Positions 8,985-18,265 of a DNA stretch of 64,000 nucleotides are shown in pieces. The translations under genes and the position numbers were made by a program. The stretch spans positions 332,213 to 396,212 of the forward strand of contig CAWFMJ010000023.1 in NCBI GenBank assembly GCA_963816715.1, written 5' to 3'. Within the stretch, counting starts at the first letter, position 1; the number at the start of each line of letters is the position of its first letter. Under the pieces are notes generated by a model that saw only the letters and a program-made list of their open reading frames with translations, was not told the DNA's origin and did no database searches. This DNA is from an uncultured delta proteobacterium. GTDB taxonomy: Bacteria > Desulfobacterota > Syntrophorhabdia > Syntrophorhabdales > WCHB1-27.

Positions 8985-10169
8985 ATGGCAAGGAGACTGT
9001 GTGTTTCTCTGGCTTGCCTGTTTGTCGGAGCTCTGTGGCTGTCGTTCATGCCCACATCTTCAGCCGCGGAGGAAACGTTGAAGATCGGGTCCATTTGGGG
9101 CCTCAGCGGTCCGATGTCTCAACTCGGCGTTGTCTGCAGAGACGGGGCTCTGCTGGCTGTCGATTGGATCAACGCGACAGGCGGGATCGCCGTCCAGGGG
9201 AAGAAATACAAGGTGCAACTTCTCGTGGAGGATAACAAGAATACGGCTCCGGGCTCCGTAAATGCCGCCACGAAGCTCGTCCACCTGGAGAAGGTCAAAT
9301 TCGTCACCGGCATGAACATACCCTTCGAGATTGAAGCGGTGGAGACCGTCACCGAGCCTGCCGACGTGATCTTGAGCACCGCCAAAGCGAGCAATCTGGT
9401 CCCCAAAAACCGCCACAGCTTCTCTGCCACGCAGGGATTCACGGCGCCGATCCCCAATATTTACGAATTCTTGAAGAGAACGTATCCCGATGTAAAAACC
9501 GTTGGCTTCATTGCAAACGATGAGGCAGGCGCGTTGATCACGTCAAAAATCGCTCGCTCCATCGCCGAAACGGCTTTTGGCTACAAGCTCCAGGAGACGA
9601 ACCTCGTGCAGTTTGGCGCGCATGATTTCTACCCGACTTGGACGAAGATCATGAAAGAGAAGCCTGACGCGGTCGACCTCGTTATCAGCGCTCCCGACGA
9701 TCTGGCTTCGAAAGCGCGACAAGGGAGAGAAGTAGGCTTCAAAGGACCGATACTTACCTGCAACACGGGCGACGCTAACACATTTCTTCATCTCATTGGA
9801 AAGGACGCCACCGATTTCATCTTCGCAGGCTACGATCCTGGCGCCGCCGACACTCCATCCATGGTGAAGATGATTGCCAAGCTGTGGGACCAGAAGTACA
9901 AGAAGCCTTTCAGCCTGGACGGAGTCGACGGCTTCAGCAGCGTTTGGGCCTTGACGCAGGCGATTGAGAAGGCCCAGAGTCTCGATCCTGAGAAGGTAGT
10001 CGCAACATGGGAGAAGATGGAAACCATCGAGACCCCCACGGGCACAGGAAAAATGGGCGGCCTCAAGGCCTTCGGGATCAACCACATGGTCTTTGGCCCT
10101 TCCCCGGTTTCAGTGCTGAAGAATGAAAAGGTGGAAAAGACGATTTGGTACAAACCGGCTGATATGTAG
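8985..10169 (+). CDS. ABC transporter substrate-binding protein (copy 2, tandem paralogue)
   Basis: ORF 8862..10169 trimmed to the ATG at 8985 (MARRLCVSLACLFVGALWLSFMPTSSA). By eye roughly three quarters to four fifths of residues are identical to copy 1. Confidence 0.9.
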   Translation: MARRLCVSLACLFVGALWLSFMPTSSAAEETLKIGSIWGLSGPMSQLGVVCRDGALLAVDWINATGGIAVQGKKYKVQLLVEDNKNTAPGSVNAATKLVHLEKVKFVTGMNIPFEIEAVETVTEPADVILSTAKASNLVPKNRHSFSATQGFTAPIPNIYEFLKRTYPDVKTVGFIANDEAGALITSKIARSIAETAFGYKLQETNLVQFGAHDFYPTWTKIMKEKPDAVDLVISAPDDLASKARQGREVGFKGPILTCNTGDANTFLHLIGKDATDFIFAGYDPGAADTPSMVKMIAKLWDQKYKKPFSLDGVDGFSSVWALTQAIEKAQSLDPEKVVATWEKMETIETPTGTGKMGGLKAFGINHMVFGPSPVSVLKNEKVEKTIWYKPADM

Positions 10170-10177
10170 GACGCGTT

Positions 10178-10226
10178 CGGCCGCGCATGGGCCTGGTCGT
10201 TTTTTCAGCGGGCCCATGGGCGGCCG
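10178..10226 (+). other. intercistronic stem-loop between binding-protein and permease genes
   Basis: CGGCCGCGCATGGGCC (10178-10193) pairs with GGCCCATGGGCGGCCG (10211-10226). The stem is 16 bp with one mismatch, has a 17-nt U-rich loop and no trailing T-run. Confidence 0.45.
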
Positions 10227-10248
10227 AAGGCGCAAAGGCAAGGATGAT

Positions 10249-11091
10249 ATGTTCTGGCAAGGAGTCATAAACGGCTTATCGGCCGGGTGGATATACGTTC
10301 TGGTCGCGCTCGGCCTCACCCTTGTATTCGGCATCATGCGCACGGTGCAGTTCTCGCACGGCGAGGTCTACATGCTTGGCGCTCACACCGTCTACTATTC
10401 CAGCGTGGCTCTCGGCATGAACATGATCGCATCTTTTGGGGTCGCGGCCGTGGCTTTGTTTCTCCTCGGGATCGTCATGGAGAGATTGCTCTTCCGCCGG
10501 TTCAGGGGGCAGATCGAGCCGAGCATCGTCGTTGCCATCGGGCTCGTTCTGCTGTTCCAGGCCTTTGCGGCCGTAGCCTTCGGGGCCAACGAAAAGACGG
10601 TTCCCCGGATCATCCCCGGCGTTCTTACCATATGGGATATCAGGATAGCCTGGGACAGGGTTCTGACCATGTGCGTCGGGGCGGGGGCAATGATAGTGCT
10701 GTTTGCCTTTGTCAAGGGTACGAAGATGGGTCAGGCCATGCTTGCGACCTCGCAGGATCCCGACGCCGCGACCCTTCAAGGCGTCAATATCAATCGCGTA
10801 TCGGCAATTGCCATGGGAACCGGGTCAGCCCTCGCTGCGGTGGCCGGCGGCCTTATGGGATCGATCTTCACGGTTGAGCCGTTCATGGGCTCTTTTGCAA
10901 TTACGAAAGGTCTCGCCGTGATTATCCTTGGAGGATTGGGAAGCATCGCCGGGGCCGTTGTCGGAGGTCTTCTTCTCGGGCTGGTGGACGGGATAGTCTC
11001 TCTCTATTTGAGTACGACCATGGCCTACATAGTGGGCTTTTGCCTTATCGTTCTTGTTCTGATAATTCGACCTAAAGGGCTTATGGGCTAA
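10249..11091 (+). CDS. ABC transporter permease, LivH family
   Basis: ORF 10123..11091 trimmed to the ATG at 10249 (MFWQGVINGLSAGWIYVLVALGLTLVFG). The sequence is polytopic and hydrophobic and matches a typical LivH N-terminus. Confidence 0.9.
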   Translation: MFWQGVINGLSAGWIYVLVALGLTLVFGIMRTVQFSHGEVYMLGAHTVYYSSVALGMNMIASFGVAAVALFLLGIVMERLLFRRFRGQIEPSIVVAIGLVLLFQAFAAVAFGANEKTVPRIIPGVLTIWDIRIAWDRVLTMCVGAGAMIVLFAFVKGTKMGQAMLATSQDPDAATLQGVNINRVSAIAMGTGSALAAVAGGLMGSIFTVEPFMGSFAITKGLAVIILGGLGSIAGAVVGGLLLGLVDGIVSLYLSTTMAYIVGFCLIVLVLIIRPKGLMG

Positions 11092-11119
11092 AGACCAGGA
11101 CCACTGGACGGGGTGAGCA

Positions 11120-12094
11120 GTGATATCAAGGAGATCAATAACAAACACCGTGCTCGTGATCGGCGCCCTTCTCATTCCTTTTGCTATAGGAGGCAACGAT
11201 TACTACCTGCATGTCTACATGATGTGCGTCATCAACACGATCGTCGCCGCAAGCCTTCGCTCGATCGGGAAGACCGGTCAGATGTCCATCGGTCAGGCGG
11301 GGTTCATGGCCGTCGGCGCCTATACGTCCGCAATACTATCGACGCGGCTCAACGTTCCGGTCTATTGGGCAATGTTGGCCGGAGCAGTTGCATCGATGAT
11401 CGTGGCGGGGCTGATCGGCTTCCCTCTGTCGAGGATCAAGTCGGTTTACTTCGTCACCGTCACGATGTTCCTCGGCGAGATAATACGGCTCGTGGGTCTC
11501 GAATGGAGCAACGTCACGGGAGGGTCTGCCGGAATGGCGAACATTCTGCGACCCGCTTCGTTTTCCGTTCTCGGGACTCTTCGCGTGGACTTTACGAACA
11601 AGATGTACTTCTGCTACCTCGCTTTGTTCGTCCTCCTGGTCGTTCTCCTCATACTCTACAACCTGGAAAGATCGCACGCCGGCACGGTTCTCTCCGCCAT
11701 CGGCCAGGAGGAAGCGCTATCGGCGAGCATAGGCATCAACGTCGCGAGCTACAAGGTGTTGGTTCTCTGCGTCGGCTGTTTCTTCACCGGTCTTGCGGGA
11801 AGCCTCTATGCCCACTACATGACCATGCTGAATCCCGACGCCTTCAGCATCTTTACCAGCCTCTACGTCCTCATTTACGTCGTCGTCGGCGGCAAAACAT
11901 TCGCCGGTCCCATCGTGGGCGCCGTCCTTCTCACGCTCGTTCCCGAGCTCTTCGCTGGCCTGAAAGAATATCAACCCTTTGTTTTTGTTCTCATACTGTT
12001 CTTAGTGGTGTTCCTGCTGCCCGGAGGTCTGACGGACTTGCCGAGACGACTCAGGGAAAGCGGCGGCAAGACGCCGGCCGGGGAGGCTTCATGA
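11120..12094 (+). CDS. ABC transporter permease, LivM family
   Basis: 324 aa with a GTG start. It contains the LivM signature SIGQAGFMAVGAYTSA. Confidence 0.9.
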   Translation: MISRRSITNTVLVIGALLIPFAIGGNDYYLHVYMMCVINTIVAASLRSIGKTGQMSIGQAGFMAVGAYTSAILSTRLNVPVYWAMLAGAVASMIVAGLIGFPLSRIKSVYFVTVTMFLGEIIRLVGLEWSNVTGGSAGMANILRPASFSVLGTLRVDFTNKMYFCYLALFVLLVVLLILYNLERSHAGTVLSAIGQEEALSASIGINVASYKVLVLCVGCFFTGLAGSLYAHYMTMLNPDAFSIFTSLYVLIYVVVGGKTFAGPIVGAVLLTLVPELFAGLKEYQPFVFVLILFLVVFLLPGGLTDLPRRLRESGGKTPAGEAS

Positions 12095-12921
12095 GTGCAG
12101 AGGAGAGTTCCCTCTCAAGCGTTGAGTCGGAGTTTCAACTCTACAAGCCGACGGCCATGTTCGAGGCGAGGAAGCTGACGAAGTACTTCGGTGGAGTCTG
12201 TGCCGTTAATGCGGTCGATCTTGTCATCGGGGAGAAAGAGATCATCGGCCTCATCGGACCGAACGGCGCGGGCAAGACGACGGTATTCAACCTTATCACC
12301 GGATTTCTTCGCCCGTCGAACGGGGTGGTCATTCTGAACGGTGAAAACCTCGTCGGGAAAAGGCCCCATAAGATAGCGGAACGGGGAATTGCGAGGACAT
12401 TCCAGATAGCGAAGTCTTTCCCTCAATTTACCGTGCTCCAAAACATGACCGCGGCCGGACATCTTTTCGGGAGGGCAGGATTCTGGGAAGGAATAGTCCG
12501 ATCTGCGCCGTACCGCCGGAAGGAAAGGGGAATTCTCGATCACGCGGTGAAAACGCTCAGTCTGGTCGGTTTGGAAGCCTGGAAGGATGCGATTGCCGGG
12601 ACCCTGCCCCACGCTCACCAGAAGCTCCTCGGCATAGCCATGGCCCTGGCCACGGCGCCCAAGCTCCTCCTCCTTGACGAACCACTGGAAGGAATGAGCG
12701 CGGAAGAGGTCGAACAGGCGCTGGAGATCATCTCAGCCATCAGGACGCGAGGCATCGCCGTTTTGTTGATCGAGCACAATATGAGGGCAGTCATGAGGAT
12801 ATGCGACAAAATCGTCGTAATCAGCTTCGGGGAGGAGATAGCGCGAGGAACGCCCGAAGAAGTCAAACAGAATCGGGAAGTGATCAAAGCCTATCTCGGA
12901 GCAGCGTCTTATGGCGACTAA
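12091..12921 (+). CDS. ABC transporter ATP-binding protein, LivG family
   Basis: The ATG at 12091 overlaps the livM-type stop (ATGA). It has Walker A GPNGAGKTT and Walker B LLLLDEP. It is the C-terminal third of the artefactual 602-aa ORF 11113..12921. Confidence 0.9.
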   Translation: MSAEESSLSSVESEFQLYKPTAMFEARKLTKYFGGVCAVNAVDLVIGEKEIIGLIGPNGAGKTTVFNLITGFLRPSNGVVILNGENLVGKRPHKIAERGIARTFQIAKSFPQFTVLQNMTAAGHLFGRAGFWEGIVRSAPYRRKERGILDHAVKTLSLVGLEAWKDAIAGTLPHAHQKLLGIAMALATAPKLLLLDEPLEGMSAEEVEQALEIISAIRTRGIAVLLIEHNMRAVMRICDKIVVISFGEEIARGTPEEVKQNREVIKAYLGAASYGD

Positions 12922-13620
12922 CCTCAGTCTGCGAGGTCTTCAGGTGCGTTATGGCAAAGCCAAGGCGGTCAAGGACGTCACCGTCGAAGTTGCCGAGGGT
13001 TCCGTGACAGGGATCATCGGCGCCAACGGCGCCGGCAAGAGCACCATTATGCGAGCCGTGTGCGGCCTGGCCCCGCTGACTAAAGGAGAGATATGGTTTG
13101 GCGACAAGCGGATCGATCGAATCGAGGCCTACAAGAGAGTAGAAGCGGGCATTGTTATGGTGCCGGAAGGAAGAAGGCTTTTTCCTCAAATGAGCGTTCT
13201 GGCTAACATAAGAATGGGGGCATACCTAAGGAAGGATAGGAACGCCGTAAAGGATGAAATCGAAGCTGTTTTTGAGCGGTTTCCGGCGTTGAGATCAAGA
13301 CGCGGTCAGCGGGCCGAAACACTGAGCGGCGGCGAGCAGCAGATGCTTGCCGTGGCGCGGGCGCTGATGGCGAAGCCAAGAATCCTTCTCATGGACGAGC
13401 CCTCCTGGGGGCTGGCGCCCTAGTGGTCGACGAAATTGCGAAGATCATTGCGCAAATCAACAGGCAAGGCATCACGGTCCTCCTGGTGGAGCAGAATGCG
13501 GACCTCACCTCCAAAGTTACGCAGTACGTCTATGTACTGGAGGTCGGCTCAGTCGTGCTTGAGGGCAATATGAAACAAGTAATGGCCAACGAGAACGTGC
13601 GCCGGGCGTTTCTGGGGTGA
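12911..13620 (+). pseudogene. ABC transporter ATP-binding protein, LivF family, split by a 1-nt frameshift (or sequencing error)
   Basis: ORFs 12911..13423 and 13423..13620 together make one LivF (GANGAGKST, LSGGEQQML, LLMDEPS / VLLVEQN). The junction reads GCGCCCTAGTGGTCGAC; one extra C would give APLVVDEI. Confidence 0.7.
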
Positions 13621-13793
13621 AGGCTTAAAGGCAGCCGACAAGGCGAGCGGCGAAAAGGCATGGCGAACGGCCGGGCAAAACAGTTGGCTTCAGAAAAAGG
13701 CCTATCCATTCGAACAAGGCGCATCCCCGCTATTCTCTGGCTTTGGCTTGAGGTGCGATTGTGTAGGACCGGCGTCTTCATTTCGGGAATTCC

Positions 13794-14888
13794 ATGGGTA
13801 GATTCTTCTCCCTGAACAGTGATCCCAGACTTCGAAATGTCACTTCCCGTGAAATAGATCTTCTCTTCGCCATCTCACAGAAATTGTCTGACGGGACAGA
13901 CTGGGATGCCATTCGAAAGAATATCTCAGGCGATCTCTTGTCTCTTTTTAAAGCGGACTCTTTCATTTTGTCGATAGTGAACGACAACGCTGAGTCCTAC
14001 GGTCTGACCGTAGCTGAGAATGTCGACCCCAAAAATGTGCACGCCTGGCAGACCTACTACCAGTTCCACGATCCCATAAAATCCGCCCTCTTGAAGGCTC
14101 CTCCGCCAATGAGAAGGAGGGCCTGTCGCATATCCGAAGTCATTTCTTACGAGAGGCTGCGGAGGACAGAATTGTTCAACGATCTTCTTATGAAAGATCA
14201 AATGCGCTATGGCATGTTCCTTATCGCGCACGAAGCCGATTCTGAGATTGGGAACCTAATGGTCCAGAGGCACAAAAGCAAGGATGATTTCAATGAGCAG
14301 GAGTCAGCGTTCCTCGATTTAATGTTGCCCCATCTTCGCAACGCTCTTAGGAACGTCCGCTTAATAGCGAAACTGCGGGAAACCGAGAACTTCTGGAAGG
14401 ATTTGCTCGAGAAGACGAAGATGCCCCTTTTCCTCCTGAAGGACGATGGTCACGTCGTGTACCGAAACAGCCATGCAGGCGCTCTCGAAAAAGAGCTGTC
14501 GCCAGAGAATTTTGCGTCTTTCATGGAATGTGTGAGAAGGCTCATCCGCGGCGATTCTGTGGACGGCAAGTGGGGAAAGTATGCACTCTCGGCAATGACC
14601 GCCTCTGTGCCGGCAGAGCCGAAGTCGGTGACTGCGGTGATGGTTGACGGTTTGGCACGAAGAGAGGTTGATGGCATTACGCTAAGAGACATGTGGAATC
14701 TCACGTCGCGGGAAACGGAAATCTGCCTGCTTATGTTCAAAGGCCTGTCCGGTCCCGAGATCGCAGCTATCCTTACCATCGCCCCTTCCACCGCACACAC
14801 CCACATGAAACACATATTTGCCAAAATGGATGTCTCTTCCCGTTCGGAGCTTGTCTACACGCTGCTCTCGAAGTACCTTGAAGCCTGA
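13794..14888 (+). CDS. LuxR-family transcriptional regulator with N-terminal sensory region
   Basis: C-terminal HTH LTSRETEICLLMFKGLSGPEIAAILTIAPSTAHTHMKHIFAKM. The ~290-aa N-terminal part is unassigned. Confidence 0.8.
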   Translation: MGRFFSLNSDPRLRNVTSREIDLLFAISQKLSDGTDWDAIRKNISGDLLSLFKADSFILSIVNDNAESYGLTVAENVDPKNVHAWQTYYQFHDPIKSALLKAPPPMRRRACRISEVISYERLRRTELFNDLLMKDQMRYGMFLIAHEADSEIGNLMVQRHKSKDDFNEQESAFLDLMLPHLRNALRNVRLIAKLRETENFWKDLLEKTKMPLFLLKDDGHVVYRNSHAGALEKELSPENFASFMECVRRLIRGDSVDGKWGKYALSAMTASVPAEPKSVTAVMVDGLARREVDGITLRDMWNLTSRETEICLLMFKGLSGPEIAAILTIAPSTAHTHMKHIFAKMDVSSRSELVYTLLSKYLEA

Positions 14889-14957
14889 TAGGTTGTCACT
14901 TTGCCTGCCTGCATCCCCTAATCGGGGGATTTACAGCCTGCTTAGCTTTATTTTAGT

Positions 14958-15234
14958 CTGACTATACCTATAACAAGCCTCGTCGCAGTTGCGACCGTCT
15001 TCTATCCCATTGATGCGAGAAGTACCGGCGTCGGCTGGGCATACGCGATAGGCAGGGCGGGTGCGACGGTAGCGCCGGCGATCGGCGGCCTCCTCATCTC
15101 GTTCAACTGGGGGGGTGGCGCAGATCTGCAGTTCGAACGCCCTCTTGGCCCTCGTTGCGGCACTAATGATGGTAATCCTTCACAGACACAGGGCCGGGCT
15201 TGCCAGAACCAAAACGAGCGGTCTGGCCATTTAG
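14958..15234 (+). pseudogene. remnant of the C-terminus of an MFS transporter (aromatic-acid transporter-like)
   Basis: No start codon. It reads ...VATVFYPIDARSTGVGWAYAIGRAGATVAPAIGGLLISFNWGG. After the G7 run (15109-15115) the plausible continuation VAQICSSNALLALVAALMMVILHRHRAGLARTKTSGLAI* is in another frame. Confidence 0.5.
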
Positions 15235-15357
15235 CCGGTCTTCAGGCGAAGGGTTCGAGGAGTTCAGGAAAACACCGATGGAACCGCCCGGTGGGCAGCT
15301 TGAGGGGAAGGACGGCAAAGAGAGGGTGGGAACCACGACAAACATGAGGAGGATTCT

Positions 15358-16122
15358 ATGTCGCTTGCAGGAAAACTGGCGCTGGTAACAGGGGCCTCCA
15401 TGCCCCAGGGCATCGGGAAAGCTACTGCCCTCGCTCTCGCCCGGGACGGGGCCGATGTGGTCGTCACAGGCTACAACAACATGAACCTGACGGAATCGAT
15501 CGCCGGCGAGATAAGCTCCATGGGCCGCAGGTCGTTGGCGGTAAAGCTCGACGGCAGGAGCTACGCGAGCGTTCAGGAGGCTTTCGACAAGATCAAGGTA
15601 GAGATGGGTCCTGTCGAGATCCTTATCAACAATGCCGCCCAGATGCGTCATATGGTGAGCATCGCCAAGACCACGATCGAGGAATGGGAGGCGGAGGTGA
15701 AGCTGTGCCTCAACTCAGCTTTCTATTGCATCAAAGAAGCCTGGCCGGACATGTGCGCCCGGAAGTTCGGTCGCATCGTCAACATGACGTCGGTTGCCGG
15801 GGTCATGGGGGGTTCCGGCCAGACGAGCTACGGAGCGGCCAAGGCGGGGCTCATCGGCCTCGCGAAGTCGACCGCTTTGGAGGGGGCTCGGTTCAATATT
15901 ACCGCCAACTGCGTGCTCGTAGGGGTTGCAAACACCGAAGCCTATTATGAGCCGATCGCTCCTGAGTTCCGCGAGCGCTTTGAGAAGAGGATCGCCTTGA
16001 GGCGACCGGCCACCGCACAAGAGATTGCCGACGCCATCGCCTTTACCGTTTCAGACAAGGCTGCATACATGACAGGGGCCATCGTGAACATGATGGGCGG
16101 CCTCGACTTGTTTGTGTTCTAA
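15358..16122 (+). CDS. short-chain dehydrogenase/reductase (3-oxoacyl reductase-like)
   Basis: 254 aa with GAGGAGG upstream, TGASMPQGIG, NNAA and YGAAKAG (YxxxK). Confidence 0.9.
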   Translation: MSLAGKLALVTGASMPQGIGKATALALARDGADVVVTGYNNMNLTESIAGEISSMGRRSLAVKLDGRSYASVQEAFDKIKVEMGPVEILINNAAQMRHMVSIAKTTIEEWEAEVKLCLNSAFYCIKEAWPDMCARKFGRIVNMTSVAGVMGGSGQTSYGAAKAGLIGLAKSTALEGARFNITANCVLVGVANTEAYYEPIAPEFRERFEKRIALRRPATAQEIADAIAFTVSDKAAYMTGAIVNMMGGLDLFVF

Positions 16123-16149
16123 CACGGCGAGACCGTTCAAGGAGGACCA

Positions 16150-17352
16150 ATGAATACCTTTACCAAAGCGTATATTCCATTCAAAGGCTATTACTCCACC
16201 CCCTTCTGTCGCTGGCAGGGGAGCATGCAAAATGACAACGCCGTCATGTTGGCTGCGAATACGGCCAGACGGTGGTTCCTGGAAAAGGGGATCAGCCCCA
16301 CCATCATCGACTACCTTTTCTTCGGGTCGACCGTGGCCCAGAAGCATTGGTTCGTCTCCCACAATCTTGCTGCAGCCATCCTGACGGACGATGAAAAGTT
16401 CGTGCCCGGTCTCTTCGTGAATCAGGCGTGCGCAACGTCGACCACTATCCTCAACCTTTGCGCCATGAATCTGGAACTGGGCTCGTACGAAGTTGCCTAC
16501 GCCCTCATGGCCGACCGCTGCTCGAACGGTCCCCACACCGTCTGGCCTGATCCGTTGGGACCTGGCGGACAGCCGGACAGGGAGGACTGGAACATGGATA
16601 ATTTCGCCGGGACTCCGCGCCATAAGGCTTACATGGCAGAAACGGCGGAGAACGTGGCCAAAGATTTCGGCATCACGAAAGAAGAGTGTGATGCGGTCGT
16701 ACTCCGTCGGTTCGAGCAGTACCAGGAGGCACTGGCAAAGGAGAGCGCTTTTCAGAAGAGGTATATGTTTGCCCCGGAAGTGACGGTAAATAAGAAGAAG
16801 ACCAAACTTATGGAAGAGGACGAAGGCTGGACTCCATCTACCGCAGAGGGACTAGCCAAGTTGAAACCTCAATTCCCGGGAGGGGTCTTGAGCTTCGGCG
16901 CCCAAACCTTTCCTGCCGACGGCAACGCAGGGGTTATCGTCACTACCCGCGACAAGGCAAAAGAATTGAGCGCCGACCCGTCTCTCGAAATTCAAATCGT
17001 CTCCTATGGTTTCGCCCGGGTGAAACCGAAGTACATGCCTGCTGCACCTATTCCCGCCGCAGAGATGGCCCTCTCAAAAGCGGGCGTTCGTCTTCCAGAC
17101 GTCAAAGCCGTGAAGACCCATAACCCCTTCGCCGTGAACGACCTCGCCTTCGCGAAGAAGAACGGCTACGATGTAATGAAGATGAACAATTACGGCTCCT
17201 CACTCATCTACGGCCATCCCCAGGGACCGACCGCAGGAAGGGCAATTATCGAGCTGATAGAAGAACTGGCAATCCTCGGTGGTGGATATGGGCTGTTTAC
17301 CGGCTGTTCTGCGGGCGACACTGCCGCGGCATTGATAGTGAAGGTGGGATAG
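16150..17352 (+). CDS. thiolase family protein (canonical catalytic residues)
   Basis: 400 aa with VNQACATSTT, YGHPQGPTAGRA and FTGCSAGDTAAALIV. Confidence 0.85.
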   Translation: MNTFTKAYIPFKGYYSTPFCRWQGSMQNDNAVMLAANTARRWFLEKGISPTIIDYLFFGSTVAQKHWFVSHNLAAAILTDDEKFVPGLFVNQACATSTTILNLCAMNLELGSYEVAYALMADRCSNGPHTVWPDPLGPGGQPDREDWNMDNFAGTPRHKAYMAETAENVAKDFGITKEECDAVVLRRFEQYQEALAKESAFQKRYMFAPEVTVNKKKTKLMEEDEGWTPSTAEGLAKLKPQFPGGVLSFGAQTFPADGNAGVIVTTRDKAKELSADPSLEIQIVSYGFARVKPKYMPAAPIPAAEMALSKAGVRLPDVKAVKTHNPFAVNDLAFAKKNGYDVMKMNNYGSSLIYGHPQGPTAGRAIIELIEELAILGGGYGLFTGCSAGDTAAALIVKVG

Positions 17353-17576
17353 GATCTACAACGTCCGGGGCCCCTGATGAGCGACCCCACATCGAAGGCC
17401 TCTGCGGGACGTTGATGGGAGAGACGTGCCAATCAGAAGCGGCTGACCAGATAGGGTTCTCGCAACATTATCATTACGTCGTAAGCCCGCGCCGGAGAGA
17501 AAAAAGCTCTCTTCCGGCGCGGCTGCCTGGGCCTCCCGCATGTCGGCGTCGACCTGCCCGGGGCGAATGGAGTGCT

Positions 17577-17618
17577 CCGCCCTGCTTCATGACGATCAGA
17601 AGCAGGGCGGTTTAAATT
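17577..17618 (+). terminator. rho-independent-type terminator closing block 1
   Basis: A perfect 12-bp stem, CCGCCCTGCTTC (17577-17588) / GAAGCAGGGCGG (17599-17610), followed by TTTAAATT. Confidence 0.5.
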
Positions 17619-18265
17619 CGGCCTTGCCGTCCCGAAAGCGCTGCCGGTAGATAGACATCATAATATGTTGTGCGAAGGCAAGGAAAAGCTCGTGGGCTCA
17701 GGTATTGCAATCATACATTTTGTCCTAACATTATGTAATAATTGCATATTTTAGCGTACGGATGACTCCCGTAACATCAGATTTTGAAGTGGAAGGGACA
17801 TCTTCGCTCCCTTCATTTGCCAAGCTGACCAATTTCCTCCCACCTTACCACTTGTATTCAAGCGACGCAAGCGAAACTTGCGTATTATCGAGTACAGGAA
17901 GCGAGGCCAGCGCAACGAACCGGCGCCGGGAGTGAAGATTACGCTCTTGTCAGAATTTGTGGTCTGCGCACAAGCAACAGACTGAAAATCGGGAACCGGT
18001 GATCACCATGCGAACGTGGAGACAAGCCGCCTGGGCGGCAAGGCAGTGCATGTGGCGAGGCCTTCTCGAACGCAAAACGCCCTTGTTGTCGCCAGCGCGA
18101 CATCGTTAAGCAGTCATGGTCGCTATTCAGGAGTGTCACCCCAATAGCCACACCATTTCTGTGCGTGGTGTGTGTGAAGACCATTGCCAGAACCAGATGC
18201 CCAGGGCAGTCAAGAAAAGAACGTCTGCTCTTTGGTGTGCCTCAGCCCCATGCGAAAGACATCCA

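Noticed and set aside
11113-12921. 602-aa ORF suggesting a large fusion protein
   Set aside because: The first two thirds are an out-of-frame reading across the LivM-type gene (Arg/His/Ser-rich nonsense). Only the part from the ATG at 12091 is a real LivG-type ATPase.
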